Assembly (NCBI GenBank): GCA_977030845.1
Contig: OZ365111.1
Coordinates: 40,176,001 to 40,240,000 of the forward strand
DNA length: 64,000 nt
Direction of reading: 5' to 3'
Origin: Fimbriosthenelais zetlandica
Taxonomy: Eukaryota
Shown: positions 38,324 through 52,739 of the stretch, piece by piece
Layout of the letters: every line of letters begins with the position of its first letter
How positions within the stretch are numbered: the stretch's first letter is position 1
Program-made: the position numbers and the translations under genes
The notes under the pieces: generated by a model
Databases searched by the model: none
Told to the model about the DNA's origin: nothing
The model's input: only the letters and a program-made list of their open reading frames with translations

Positions 38324-38640
38324 ATTGTTTTACTGGGCATTTTCGTGTGTTGAATTCCATTGTCAGCTTCCCTCTAAACTTTAATTGCGCAACAGGTAAT
38401 TATGAATAATACATAAATTTATTTTGAAATATCCACTGGCAACAGGATTTTAGGTATTTCTTTTATTTGGATTGCTCAAGGTATCACCAAATTTTGAATA
38501 TTTTCAATTTAGGTTTTTTTTTTACTTTATTGTTATTTATTTTTTACATTATTGTTTTACTGAGCATTTTCGTGTGTGGAATTCCATTGTTAGCTTCCCT
38601 CTAAACCTTAATTGCGCAACAGGTAATTATGAATAATACA
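38324..38640. repeat. 90-bp direct repeat (38324-38413 and 38551-38640)
   Basis: Two copies with 4 mismatches, period 227 bp, separated by an AT-rich spacer. Confidence 0.92.
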
Positions 38641-41600
38641 CAAGTAATGGACTAGCCTGCCGAGTCAGTAAGTCTACAATCTACTCACTGTAGCATGATT
38701 AAAGTGAGGTGACTGGTTATTGATCGTTTACTCTATTGTATTAAACCGATCAATAAACCATTTTAATAAAAGGTGTTGCTTCCAGGCTGTGTCAGGCGAT
38801 GTAATAATCTAGGCGGTTATTAACTTAGGATCTAAATACGTGCGTACAACTTCAAAGCAGCCAGACTGTCCAAATGTTGTCAGACATTTCAATAAGCCTT
38901 TAAGTGTTGAATGACGGTATATAGAAAGAGCTGAATGATTTTCCCTTGACACTGTCCCGGGTTGTGTCACACTGGATGGGGGCCATGTATACCTTCTGTT
39001 CTATGATGCCAAGTCCCATAGCATCCTCCGAGTAAACCAAGGAAATGGGGAAGGACAATATCTATAGGGACGAGCAGTGGCCAGCCATCCCCTGCATGCC
39101 ATACAACGCACCCTGCTTAAGTAAGTGGTATACAAAGAGAGTGCTTTTAAGCGGGTAGCAAAGCCCATGCCGAGCCGAAGCTCACGCTGGTGCTGTAGTT
39201 AGCCTGTGGAGGAGGAAAAGAATGGAAATATGCGTAGCTTGACGGCCAAAGTAGCCATTACAAGCACCCTTAGGGCATTCCCATGAGAGACAGGGATTTC
39301 GGATACTGCTGATAGTACACAAAGAACTTGAATGGCAGAAGAGAGATGGTTACGTATATCAGGGTCAAATGATAGAGCTACTCACAAACACTCTAAGCTC
39401 CAATGCTGTTAAATGTGTGGTATAAATTCTATTCGCATTTAGACTCCTAAAACCTTGAATCAAGCGAAGATCTCAAGCGAATCCCGAATAATATAGATCG
39501 AATCGATATGGAAAAAATTATTTAAGTTCTGAAAGATTCTCTTGAAGAAAAAATGAGGTAAAACATTGGTAGTATAATGTAGTTAAGCATATTTTATATG
39601 GTAAAATGTAGTGATGCAATCGTTTCAATTGAAGATAATGATGAAGGATGAGACATGAGCCATTAAAGTAAGCCAGCAGTGAATGATGGCCACGGATAAT
39701 TAGCAAGTAATGAACTCCCAACCAGTGACTAGTCTGCAGCTACTATTCATATGGATTAATGACTGGGTTTTATAGCAAACCTCAAAGGAAACTGGTGTAG
39801 GTATATGATTGAAGAAGAAAAACACAAATATTACTGCTTTGTGCTTTTCTATGAGGATCCGAGAATACTGGTCCTACATCAGCAGGTAGAGAGTTGCACT
39901 CAAAAACATCCACAAGAAAGACAGATTCTCCAGACCGTCTTAATTGTTAATTTCAAAATGTAATGAGTAGGGAACGTTTTTCTGTGGGAGGATGGCACAA
40001 AATACAAGCCAAAATGGTCAACCGCAAAAAAAGCAAGAGTCTGGTGCATGCATATCTTTGGTGATGGCTGCTGACCATTATAATTAAGACCATTCAGGAG
40101 GTGGCAAAAGCTAGGCGCTGTTTGCATGACAGAGAGTCAAAAACTCGAGGTCGTGCTTCAGAATCCTAACAAAATCTGTGACACGATAGGGAAAGAAAGA
40201 TTCAATAAGAATCATGTCTTTTTTAACAAGCAGGCAATTGAAAGGAGGGCCTACCAAAGGAGGGTATACACACAAAGTCAAAAGTATTTTTTTGTTCTGA
40301 ACTGCGTGCTGTATACCATTAGGAAAGAGAAAATAATTTCTCTATATATGTGGTAGCAATACATCTCTATGATATTTGAGCACCTTGTACGAGGTAGTCT
40401 CTCTCTTTTCAGGGGTCCAAAGTGATAGGAGAAAAAGCTATGCAGAGCATATTATTGCAGTGTGTTTACGCGGCTTCTGTTTGTGCTTGCATCGCCTACC
40501 ACTAGCCACCCCTCAAATACAGTACACAGACTGCTTATAGCATGGCGGTGTGGCAGGGTTATAAATACTCAACCTTCTTCTAGGCAAAAATCAGAAAGCA
40601 CTGCTGAGGAGATTCTGTGCAAATATTTAACTACATATCCATGCTGTAGGCCAGTATAACTGTCGCTTTGGCCTCCTCGCAAAAGGCGACCAGCTTTAAG
40701 GGAAAGTTTCTATGCTTCGTCAGGAACCGCAACACTAGATCTCTTGATATGAAGCATGAGAGGGAGAGAAAAGCAAACAGGGCCTTTAGTGTCAGGACAG
40801 GTCTAGACTGTAGGGTGAATCCTTGCTTGAAGCGCATCTCTAGGAGACAGACATCAACTCAAACAATGTCCGTAGAAATGAAAATTGCTGAGGGAAATGA
40901 CTGCAGAGAGAAGTGCTCATCCACCTTTCTTCTTGCAGCAGTAGAGCCCGCTCCCTCTCCTCCTTCTCTCATAATATACCTTCGTGGGAAAGCTGCCATA
41001 CATGATGATGCATGGAAAGCAGACAAGATCAACTATATACACGTGACAATGACATATCAACACAGCGAAAATGACCATAAAAGGTTAGCTATCATTTTAC
41101 TTCAAGGTTTAGTCAGACTCAAAGCAAGATATATATATCATGTTGCAATATTATCTGCAGACAAAAGTGCAAGTTCTTGTGCACAATCCTTAGGAGGGGC
41201 AGCATCTCTTCTTCATTGTTCACATGAAACAGCTCCAGACAGTCTTGCTTGTACATTAGAAGTGAATTGCATTAGTCGTGACTGTGTGGATGAGATAACA
41301 TCACAAGGGTAAGCTACACTGTGGGAGGAGGGTAGCAAGGGAGGTGAATTCCTTCCTCTTTCTAAATGGACTCATCATCACTTGCTCGCCAGAGACATTT
41401 TAGGCCGACAGTCTGTCAGAAAACGATAATAAAGGTAATCAAACAGTGGAGTAAACATGGGGGTAACTGACAAAGAAAAGCCACATTGCTTCAACACCTG
41501 GATGACGGGAGTGATAAGCGTTCCTATATATTACCATGCAGGCTCCCTTCCGTCTCCATCAGCAGGGAAATGGAATCACTATACAGAGCACCCAGGAAAG

Positions 41601-41896
41601 TTGGGAGTTTTGGTGACTGAAGGAACCTCTCACCGTGTGTATATATATATAGGCCTACATATCTTCCTGAATTCAAGCAGAAACCGAAATGTGAAATATA
41701 AACCACCTATATAAGGAAGCTGCCTAGGTAAAACCTGAAATGTAGATGCTAGAATGGGACTGATCGACACTGATGCATCCCTCACAGAGAGTACTAAATG
41801 CAATGACCGAAAGAAATTTAAGATATGTAATGCTTCAAATATCAGAGTACGTGCAACATGTATACGTATGAGAATAATCTTACAAGCGCAACATCT

Positions 41897-42100
41897 TGGT
41901 CCTAGAAGAAAAAAAAATTCCGGGAACCCAACCTTACTTACGAGAAGGGCCCGACCCTAATCTTTTTCTACAATTTGAAACTTTTTTCATCGTAATCGCT
42001 AATCGCTAACAGAAGTTAACCGCAAAAACAAAAACAAAAATCCCTTCCTGACCTATACCTATTTTTTAGGGACATGTTCCTGGGAGCACAACAGGCCTTA
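41897..42100. mobile_element. Probable non-autonomous DNA-transposon (MITE-like) remnant
   Basis: Imperfect subterminal inverted repeats (poly-A-TTCCGGGAAC / GTTCCTGGGAG) and internal CCGACCCT / CCTGACCT motifs. No clear TSD. Confidence 0.4.
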
Positions 42101-44076
42101 GCCAAAATACTCTACTAGAAGTGCAAGGGAGAAAAACTTGCTTGAACTAAAAATGTCAGAGCAATATTAATAATGTGCCAAAGGCCAGACCTTCTTGATC
42201 TAAAACATGGTCTCTTAATAAACAACCTTATCAGGGGTAATTTCCCAGACGATCTTCAAGTATATGCACAAAGAAAGTACTTTGCTAGTACGTCAGATAG
42301 TAAGCAAGTTAAGCCACTAATGTCTCAATGCCTGTACCACTTCCATGTAAGGAGGGGGGATCTGGAAAGGAATGGATTTTAGCCTAGTAGAAGGCATACA
42401 TATAATCACCAGATGTTCCTGTTTTATCTAAATATTACCATCTAGCTGTGTGTACGTGGTATCTCTCATCGGCCGCCCATGTCTTCTACCTAGCTGATAT
42501 TATGATTGAGTTGCAACTCTCTCTGAGATTTGACAGCCATGGAATATGTGCCATTTGTGTTTAGAATCAATAAATCGAAGAGTATCAGATGCAGACCGAA
42601 ATTATTAGATGAAGCCTGCCATCTTTAATATTTCTATCCATCGAGCCTGATAATGCGTGTCCTGGACCAGGGATGGAGCTGTAGAGATAAGCAAACAGTC
42701 TACAGTCCAAAGATCAGGACCAGGGCAAGCATCTGTTCTATGCCAAAACCTCAATGACCCTGTTCCCCCATGGCCTTTCATACTCGAAGTTCCCCTCCTC
42801 CATGAGACGGCAGCAAGCAAACCCATCTACCCACTTACAGAGCACACACCCCAGACGGCCTGTCATATCGACACAAAACCTTTGATCTGCACTACTTTCA
42901 GAATGAAAAAGCCCTCAGGCTCCCCCCTGCTATTGTCTCAATATAAGATGGAGCACGTACTGGCCTTTCATATTTCTTATGGTCCCCGAGTGAAATAATG
43001 GGATTGTTCAGCATATTCCAACACGCAGGGAGGGCCCTAATGTCACTTCACAAGAGGCACAGGAGTATATACTCTCTTATAATAGTATGTAAAGTCCAAG
43101 TGGCTCACACCTTTTCACTCATGCTAGTTTTTTTTGCCAAATATCTTACTTTTATATATATATATAAAATGGGTCGATATATCCACCCACATTCAATTTA
43201 CTCCTGCTTCAATGAATGAAACAAATGGAGTGTTTTGCAAACAGCAATGAGGAACATTTGTTTCCCAATGTCGTCCGGGAAAAATTACTGTCAAGTCGGC
43301 TTATATGATCCATCTCATTGCACGTGAATGCATGCCCCTGTGAAAATGGCTTTGAATATGGATTGTTGCCCAGGGACTAAGAGGACCGATGACTTTTCGA
43401 CAGCAGTATATGAATGAAGCTAAATGATACCAGCTTTCAATCCACTCAGGCCAAAGAGGTCAGAAGCTATAATAGAAAAAATCAGGTGTATCATATTTAA
43501 TTCATCACGTATATTGCATTGTATCACAGTCCAATTTCTTAGTGTATTAGACTCTGATAGAATAGCTGTTTCAGATACCTGAGCTTGGCCAAAAAGCCCA
43601 CTCCAATCTATTGCAGGTCTTCATTCGTCTGATAACCTGCATCCACAGGAGATCCGATGGTGAATGCAATAGAACTCTTGCTTATAACACCAATTTATCA
43701 TATGGAGGGCATGCTATATTATTGGACCAAATATATATACACAGACCTGTCTGTTTAATTCCATCTAGGGATAACAAGAGTTGTCTGGAGTTTCTTTGTC
43801 TATTGATATTGTTTCTAGATATTGTAGCCGGGGCATCTGACACTGCGTTGGTGGACCATCCTACCATTCCGCATACTTCACACTCGAGGCTCGAGTCCCG
43901 TGCCGATCAATCCCAGTTGAAGGCTCCTCATGACCTCCCCAGACCTCGGGGAATCTCTCCGGATCAACCTAGTCCCCCACAGGTTCTTCCAGGGTGCTTC
44001 TAGTTCCGCGGGGTCCAGCCTTTAGGGTCCCTAGGGGATGCGAGCTGGGGGGGGGGTGTTGTGAATGGAGTGGAGT

Positions 44077-44112
44077 GGGTGGGATGTTGGGGGGAGTGTT
44101 GGGCAGACAGGG
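44077..44112 (+). other. Canonical G-quadruplex-forming motif
   Basis: GGG-T-GGG-ATGTT-GGGGGG-AGTGTT-GGG-CAGACA-GGG, with an additional G10 run at 44047-44056. Confidence 0.55.
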
Positions 44113-44779
44113 AGGAGGAGATAGAGGAAGGGTGAGCTTGACCCAGAAGGTTCAAGCGGGATGGTGGCTCAATATGGGAACACGACAGACGGTCACACCC
44201 ATATACAGCTAGGGAGGTAAAGGCTGCATTATTATTGAGCCCTGCCTTCAGGTTCATCCCCCGTAATACATTTTGCACGCTCCCACTCAATTCCCTCGGT
44301 GCATTTCATTGGTGCTGGTGGCAAATCACGAGAGGCAGACCTTCATCCGGACAGCAAAACATTACCACCACTTCATCATTCATAAACATATAAAGGTGCA
44401 TGTCATTCATCAAATACTTTATTGACGTCGGCCGTTAAGGTGTCTGCAGGGGGCTTATAAAATATCCCTACCCTACATAGCCAGATACACAGGCATTTCC
44501 CCCAGGTGCGGGTAATTGTCAAAGATCCAAACAAACCACGGTAAATGTGGCCACTGCTGGGTGGACTAAATACATAAAATATATATATCACATAGACACA
44601 TGCTCCCAGTGGTTACGCTGTCAAAAAAATGGATGATTTTAAGTGAGGTTGAATTTGAGCGAGGAATTTAACATGGAGAGGGGCTAAAAGAGCGGGTCCA
44701 GTGGAAATAGATCTGTCGATAGGATATAGCGGTAGGGCTATGTTTACACCCGTGGTGAACTTTTTCTTGTTTGAGGGTC

Positions 44780-45250
44780 TATGATGGTTTATGGCGAGTG
44801 CAGTTGGAAAGCAATGCTGGTATATGGTGCGGTCCATGTAAGCTCTAGGGGGGTTTATAATAACCTTGTCAAGGCCATAGACAGAAATGCCGTATATGTG
44901 GGTAAGCCCTTAGGTTGGCCCACAGTAATAAACACCTTGTTTAAGTGCGCATGTATAAAAGATCAAACTACCAGGCAGATCAATCGTCCACTTGGCGGAA
45001 TACTGGATTTGGGTAATGGACTGCATGATGAGAATAGAGGTCCTATTACCCATTGAAGGTATATACCAATATACCTTCCCCATGACGATCACTTGCACCA
45101 AAGGTCATCTACCATGGATTATCCTTATGGTTATAGGTCAAGATGTAAAGCCATATCCAGGTCCCACGAGCGCCTTATCTCTTCCTTTAGGGTGAGTGGC
45201 CTGTGTGCCACTTGTAACAAGAGCGCTGGACTTTCTATACCACCATGTGT
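44780..45250 (-). mobile_element. Possible CR1/L2-type LINE 3' remnant
   Basis: Minus-strand fragments KVQR, TLKEEIRR...DL, IIHG and DRTIYQHCFPTAL resemble ORF2 C-terminal motifs (IEKVQRRA, TLExRR...DL, KIIHG, RT...SFFPxAI). Confidence 0.35.
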
Positions 45251-48074
45251 AAACCGAAAGGTCTGCTCTATTTACCGATCGACCTCCCATTTATCTATCC
45301 CCAGAAGTGAGATTTTTCATTGCAACAGTTTCCAATTATGAGTAATAAAGGGCACAATATTTTGGGATGACATTAGGATTCATTTTCCCAACATCATTCT
45401 ACTTATTCTAACGTACATGAACGCATTTCATGATTATATCAAATACCGCAGCTGATTTTCTACTTGGAATTTGCAGATTCTGCGAAAAAAAATCTTTCTC
45501 AGAAGTCTTTGGACTCCAGTCGTTTACGTTGCGCTGCACTACAGACAATTACAGAAGATTGAGTGGGAGCAACTGTATGCTGGTGTGGCCTATTTGTCAA
45601 ATGGACGGACTCGCCTCCCTGTAGATATCCTCCATACATGGCACATATACAACACTGAACATGTCATATGTGATGTGGATAACGATTTTCCATCATCCCT
45701 CACCGCAGTTTCAGGGAAGCCGTGATATCAATGTGACCCAATGACTTCTCGTCCACTGAGCTGCCGGAGGTGGTTCCTTCTCGCCGGTTGTATATATATA
45801 CGACAGGAGAATGTTCTCACCACTCCACTGGATGTAGCCCCTCCATATCGACAGAGACTCTTGCAGGAGCTTTTCCACATTAAGAGACAAAGATATGAAG
45901 ATGGCAAGGAGAAGATGAAGACAGACGACGTTGCCATATATATATTTGATGGACGCTAAGAAATGGGCGTCGATATATGGGACGACCATCCCATATTTAG
46001 AGTATGCGAGTTGTGGACATCATTCTGCAGGATTTGTGTCCTACTACTAAACGGTAAACGTCAGTCGTAAAGCTATAGGAACAGGTTTCTTGGTCACTGT
46101 TATATAATTATATCGCGCAGAACTGTTGTTGATTTAATTGCGGTTTTACGTTACAATAAGGTTGGGGTCATACACTATCAAGTGATATAAACATGCTTTC
46201 GGCCCATGCTTCCATCGATTGTTCTTTCACATGGCTCTACCCAAACAGAGACATGACTGACTATTCATGGCCTAGTCAGCAGCACTGGGGCACAATGGAA
46301 AGGGTAAATTTTGGAAATCATCAGGGAATTCAACCGGAGACTTCTCTGATTTGATTTGTGAAATAAACTTAAATTCCTCTCTAACTGTAGTGTAAAGTAC
46401 AGTATATGGAAACAAATTATACAGTCCCGTCATCTCAAAACTTCTCTGATCTGAGTTGGATGCTGCAATGCTGAGTTGCAGCCTGAGCCAGAGCAGCACT
46501 GTTATATCTCCGAATCTGCAGTCAATGATACAATGTAGTGTGCTGGACACTTGCCAAATAGTTGGCATAGCCAAGCTTTGAATATTAAACACGAAATCTT
46601 TCAACATATTTGTATGGACTTAAATTTCTTCCATACAGTCATATGATTGATGTAGACTAGATATTTTGAGGAACTGAACCACCTTTGATCGTAATAGTTG
46701 CTTGCCTGAGAGAAGAAAGAAATGCAAAGCAGTTCCTTTTCTAACAGCCAGTTCTGTATTCACCAATGCAAGGGCAAAAATAATCATCATTGTTCCCCAT
46801 GGACAGAGATATCATCTCAAGACATGCAAAGTAATAGTAGAGGTTTACCTCCCTCGGTGATACTAAAGGTGCAGACAGAGAAAAAGTAGAAAAAGTAAAA
46901 CAATTCATGCTCACTATGAAGTAATGTATCGATATCCAAGCCACAGAAGAAACATATTACTGACAAATACTTTTATATGAGAGAGGAAGAAAAAGAAACC
47001 TGTAACACTTATGAAATATTTATCATTGACTGGACTGATAAAAACGTGTAGATGCATAATTTGATGTATCGGCTAAAATCTAGCTTGATAATTTAATATA
47101 GGCCTATTGTAAAATGCAGGATACAAGTTTAGAACATTCACTTCTGTTTTATATATATGCGTTTTAGGCAGATTAGTACATGTCCAACGTCCCCACTTGT
47201 CAGAATATACAAATATGGCTCGTTCATTATATTAGTTGCAACTTTTCTATCCGCCTCAGTAGTGAGGCAAACCAATAAGCTTGCTCAGAGACATACATGG
47301 CTATGTTCTCCGGCACTCTTCCACACCTCTAATGTGGGAATTTGCCATGTTTTAATTTTCCCAGGCTGGCTTTGATTTGTCTGCTTTGATCACAGCATCC
47401 ATTATGGATCCCGCCAGCTAGGACGCCATCATACATTGAAGCTTTTCACGAGTGGAATCTGAGATCTGTGTACATGGCCTGGAGTCCTGGCAATGTCAAC
47501 GTCCTTTGTCTTTGGACGGATCATGCGCAAGTATGGTTTTAGACCACAGGCAAGACAGACCATGGGGTGCCATCAGCAATATGGTTTCTCTCTTGAAACA
47601 CTAGACAAACTACCCTGAGGAATATAGGTAATGGTCTGACCCAGTTGACACAAATGGATATTTTGGATACCTACACAGAACATAACGCTTTGTTATCACA
47701 CGGCCTCACAGGAAATTGGTTATGTATATATATGGTCTCAAACTTAATACTGGACATGGCATTTTTAATGCACTGAAGTTAATCTAAAATCAGGCAGTAT
47801 AGATAGTCTCAGCGTTGCAAGTATCGGGATAAATTCCCACGTGCATGCCTTGCAAGTAGTCTGACAACTTCCAGTCCCCAAGGCAGAAACGTGGGTAACA
47901 TAGAACCTTTAACTCTTAACACACAACAAGCCTGGCTTGTATAACTGTGTTAAAATACTTCAATCCCCGCGACTTTATTCTCCCTCACTGGTCAGCTATG
48001 GGGACCACAGTTCATATGAGGGTGACAGTCAGGGTTTCCATGTGCCAGAAGACTTATCTACCACGTCATGAGTG

Positions 48075-48300
48075 TCATTCAATGACAGCTCCAAGAACTA
48101 TGCCAATCCAATCCGGGCCCCAGGTCGGAATCAATCGGCGAAAATGCCCCGCTGTCCTGACAGGAAATTGTCGCCAGCCGGCCCAGGTGCCAAATGAAGC
48201 TCGATCCCACTCACTTTTGCATGACTCCAGGTCGTGGCCTCGTGTAGGCTGCAGCATATTTGTTAACTGTAAAATCTGGCCCTGTCTGTGAACGTCCATA
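48075..48300 (-). mobile_element. Possible CR1-type LINE 3' remnant
   Basis: PTRGHDL...K...SF...W.QFP resembles TRGHxxKL...SF...WNxLP. Confidence 0.25.
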
Positions 48301-51300
48301 GGCAATTTGCTGGTGAAGTTAAGGGATGTATCTGAACGCCTATAAAAATTATGGCTCGGTATAGAGGCTGTCCCAAAGGTTTGATTCATGTCTATGACAT
48401 GGAGTCGTGACAGTTAGGGGAAATACGATTCGCTGCTGGAATAAACGTGTAAGATTACATGTGGGTATTGTTAGTTTATCTGTATGGATTCTGGATTCTG
48501 ATCCTATAGGCGAATAACGACATTCTGCATCTCAGGATATTATATATAGAAGGCTTTTATATATCAGAAATTCATCAGAATGACTATGGAGCAACAATAA
48601 AAAGTTTTGGGGAGATAGTGCTTTCCAGATCTTGTATTAAATCTCTATGGGGAACTTCATGCAGGAATTGTTCCAATACAAAAATGTCATGATTAGGCAG
48701 AGAAATGGGCTCAGCCTGATGAAGTTGAGCACTATAGAGAGTAACTTTTGCATGAGACATGGTGGGGAAGATGGCTTATCTCATAGCGGGAAATGAATGC
48801 AGGGCTGACAATACTGTATTAACTAGCGCCGTAATATGTTGTGACAAGAGATGAGTTACAAGAACGGACGCCGAGGGGCCCTCTTAATCCATCTTTAATG
48901 ATTGATAACAGTAATTGGGATGGGTTGGTTGCCAAAGCAAATCGAATCAAATCCCGAAGACACAAACAGAACCAAAACACTCCTTGACCAAGCCTTGCGA
49001 GTCCTTCCCCTTAATATGGTCTTTGAACGTCAGATCCTATCAACCAAGATTAATAATCCCGGCGAGTTTAATTTTAGTTTCAAATTTCCGAAAGCAAAAG
49101 GGATGCCTGAGAATCCGCCTTGACCAAAAGAATTGATACGGCAACATTGATTGAGACTTGGGGTAATTGTGAAACAATACAATGGCTAATTGAAGAGACA
49201 ACCCACAAAGGATTGAGACATTCTAATCACGTTCCTGTATAGATTTTAGTTCAAAGTGGATTACTCGATTAATACAAACGAGCCTGGAGACCACAACTGT
49301 GGGAGACTGGAGCTCTGGTGGAGACTCTGGAGGGGTCACACAGGGGAGACAAACTAAGACGGTGTAAATTGAAAGACAGGATCAAAAATTGCTCCCTCGT
49401 CCCATCCTCTATCCTCGCAACTCTCATTAAGATCTCACTCAACAAGGGAGTCCAACTAATTTACACAATACTCCATCGCTTATATCCCCCAAGTGGATTA
49501 GGTCTGAGCACTTGACGACAACTAATCCAATCATTTGAAACCAATATTGGATTGATTATCATGCTCCAAAAATGGCACTACGATGAATTGGCCTTTTCTG
49601 AATTCCCAAAGCGAAAAATGAGGCTTTTCAAATATGAATAGCTAATAATCATGGGGTAAGAACGAGCAGTAATCCTATTACATGCGAGACACTCGGCATA
49701 CGCTCAAAGCAGTTGGGTTGATTCTTAGAAGAGATAAAGGACAATGCCACTTCAACTAATGCGCCAAAAAAAAGAGTAGGTTTCCTATTGAAGTCTCCAC
49801 AGAATGGGATTGCAGAGTAATATAACTCACGTGAAACTTGAACGAGACAGAGAGACACAATTGGAAGACCCGAGCAGCCATCACTTTGCGCCACACTTGA
49901 GTTCGGCCGAGGTTTGTGATCAATGTTTCTCGCGTGGATTTTAATACTGAACTTGATGGCAATTCACACTTAACTGCCAACGCTTTCTATGACAATCGTT
50001 GCTTGCCATGTCCATATACGAAAAGGGATTTCAAGTTAATTGACCAAATGCACGAAACACCATAAAGCAGTGGGTTGGAAAGAGCAGTCAGCTGGTGTTT
50101 TTCCAGTATCCTTTAGGCCTATATAGTAAACCGAGCCAGAAAGTGGACACCGGGTTTTTGAAATTATTGGCATGTCCGTATGTGAGAGTGATTCATGCCA
50201 AAGCTACATTATACAAACGACTAGTATCAAAACGTCCGTTACAAGTCTTTGTATTTTGGTGTGCATGTCAAAAGTATTTAGCGTCAAACTAGAATATCGG
50301 TTGTATGCGCACGATCCTTGATTCATGGGACTGGTAATTCAGCAAGTAATATAACTGGCCATAATTCACATAATTCACATAGCAGAGGAGGAAAGTGTGG
50401 GAAGAGACATGGAAGAAATAGGCGCAATTTTATGTTGGGAACAAATCTTTCTCAATCGATATCTATCTATTACTAGTCTTATAGTAGGCCTAAATGTACA
50501 TGTACTGCAGTAAACTGTCGTAAGTAGTATATGAAAATGTTGGTGAGTGAAAGGCCATATACAGAACACTTCCGACATTTTGAATGTCATCGCCTTTAGC
50601 ATTCAGTCCATCTATTCCTCATATTCGTCATTAAAACAGGCTGGTGATTAAAAATAGGCCGTATTACAATGATTCCTATTGTATTGTCAGACGTACAGAA
50701 CTTTATGAAGCCAATTCAGATCAGCCTTTGTATTCTAACACATTGAGATCTGGCATATTAAAGGATGACATATGATGGTCCATACATATGCATAGACAGC
50801 ATGACCCAGTGAATAGCCTATTGTAAGTGCCATTGTCACACTGAAAGCTTGGAAGCCCACTGCCTCAAATACATGGAAAGTGGGATATGAGGAATTTATG
50901 GAATACTATTGGGATTTATGAATAATTTGGGGTTCTAGATAAATCCTAAGCGACCATTTCCTAAGGGGAAAGGTCATATTCATATAGACAACTTCCATAT
51001 GGCTATATATACCAATACCCATATAAACCAACAGTAAAAATCCTTATTAGTGAATTCTTTTTATATGACTATGTGTATACTATGATTGTAAATCATATAT
51101 ATCATAAATACATAATATAGCCTCATTTTATAGGGTCATTTGGTTCGGAGAACGAACTCGGCTATTGGGGATCACAGATGAACAAAATGTTAGCATACCG
51201 CACAGTTTAGGGTGCTAATGTATGACCTTTTATTATTCAGAATACTCGGCAAACACCCATATCATGTGACATGCTGTCAAAATGGAAACCCATTTATATT

Positions 51301-52277
51301 CATGATTTCCAATAAACTGCGGTTTGATTCTGTGTAAAGTTTACATTACCATCTACAAAATGAATATGAAGCCCTGATTTTTTACCAGAGAGCACACAAT
51401 GGACATTCTATGTCATGAAATGCCTTTGGTCAGCCAAATTTATGGACTCGGCCCAGACATCTCTGGTTTTTCTATTGCATAGCAAAGATCAATATCACAT
51501 CGTTAGGCGATGCATATCGCATTCCTGCATGGGAATTTCTAAATCAATTCTCCGAGTTGTGTATTAGTATTTCTGGTTATTGCCGACCGCAAGTACTTGA
51601 CTCGTATGCTACAACAATGCAATATAAGCCCATGCCTCGAGGTAGATTCCATTTATGATATAACCTGGGCATTGGTAATGATTATCTACCAATGTATTGG
51701 ATATATGGAGCCTGCTGCTATGCCTTTTAATAAACCCTGCTTGGAAACCTGGCGCATATACTTCGGAATCTCTTCGTGAAACTTGTTTTCTTGGAGTAAA
51801 GGCATTGTCAGCAAGAAAGCTCCACTTTCAAAGAAAAGTATTTTATACATGCATGAAATTGACTATGACAATGCCGGAAATGATTAACAACAACCCTGAG
51901 GGAATACTATAACCATTCATAATATATATATATATCACTGTTGGATACTAGTTGGTAATGACAATGTCCTCTTGATTAATCAACAGATGTCAGAGCCTTC
52001 ATCACAGCCCTATCAGCATATTCATGAACAAGGCCAATGAATGTTATTCAACAATACTTCAGAATGGATGAATAAAGGAATGATTTAAGTTTTATTGCTT
52101 TTAAAAATCCATACTTATTAGGCCAAGGTTCAGGTTTATCAAAAGTAAAGATTTGGATACAGTTCAATAAGATAGATAAGACTGAAAATACTGATGAGAC
52201 TGATAATGGTTTAATCGTTTAATGGAGGACATGAATTATTAACTAATGAGCAAATGAGCATGGTGATAGGAAAAATT

Positions 52278-52360
52278 GTGACCTTGGTGGGATTGGAACC
52301 CATGTTCTTGTGTTCTTGTACTACTCTAAATGGCACCTAAACCATTTCGGCCACCAAATC
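52278..52360 (-). mobile_element. tRNA-derived SINE-like head (minus strand)
   Basis: A-box TGGCCGAAATGG (52353-52342) and B-box GGTTCCAATCCC (52300-52289) at tRNA-like spacing. No intact anticodon arm. Followed by a degenerate (TTATCAGTC)-like tail near 52165-52210. Confidence 0.55.
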
Positions 52361-52739
52361 TGCTATAAGAGCTCTGGTGTATATAAACATTATACAAGTA
52401 AGGGAGTTGGGTTGGGTGGGAGGGAACAATCAAAGTAAGTGGTGCAGTGAATGTTAATCTACGTTTCTCATAAAAAAAAGCGGTAGTTGGGGGAGGAGAG
52501 AAATAGAAATGGAAAGACACACTGACAGAAAGTGAAAGAGAAAAAATATGTGAAGATATTGATAAGAAAAGAAATTATATAGGCTGGCTGAAATTCACTT
52601 AACATGTCTTAAAACTTGTGTATCGTGTATCTGTATTGAGGTAATGTGTGGTCACCTAACAGAAGTTGTTTGTGAACAAACAAATACACTTTTTTTCTAA
52701 CCGCAGAGTCGTCCAGAAAGCTTGAATGCCAGAATGATT

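Noticed and set aside
46272-46607. 111-aa ORF with EEF...IKSEKSP resembling the LINE KSPGxD linker
   Set aside because: Single weak motif; downstream RT motifs are not recognisable.
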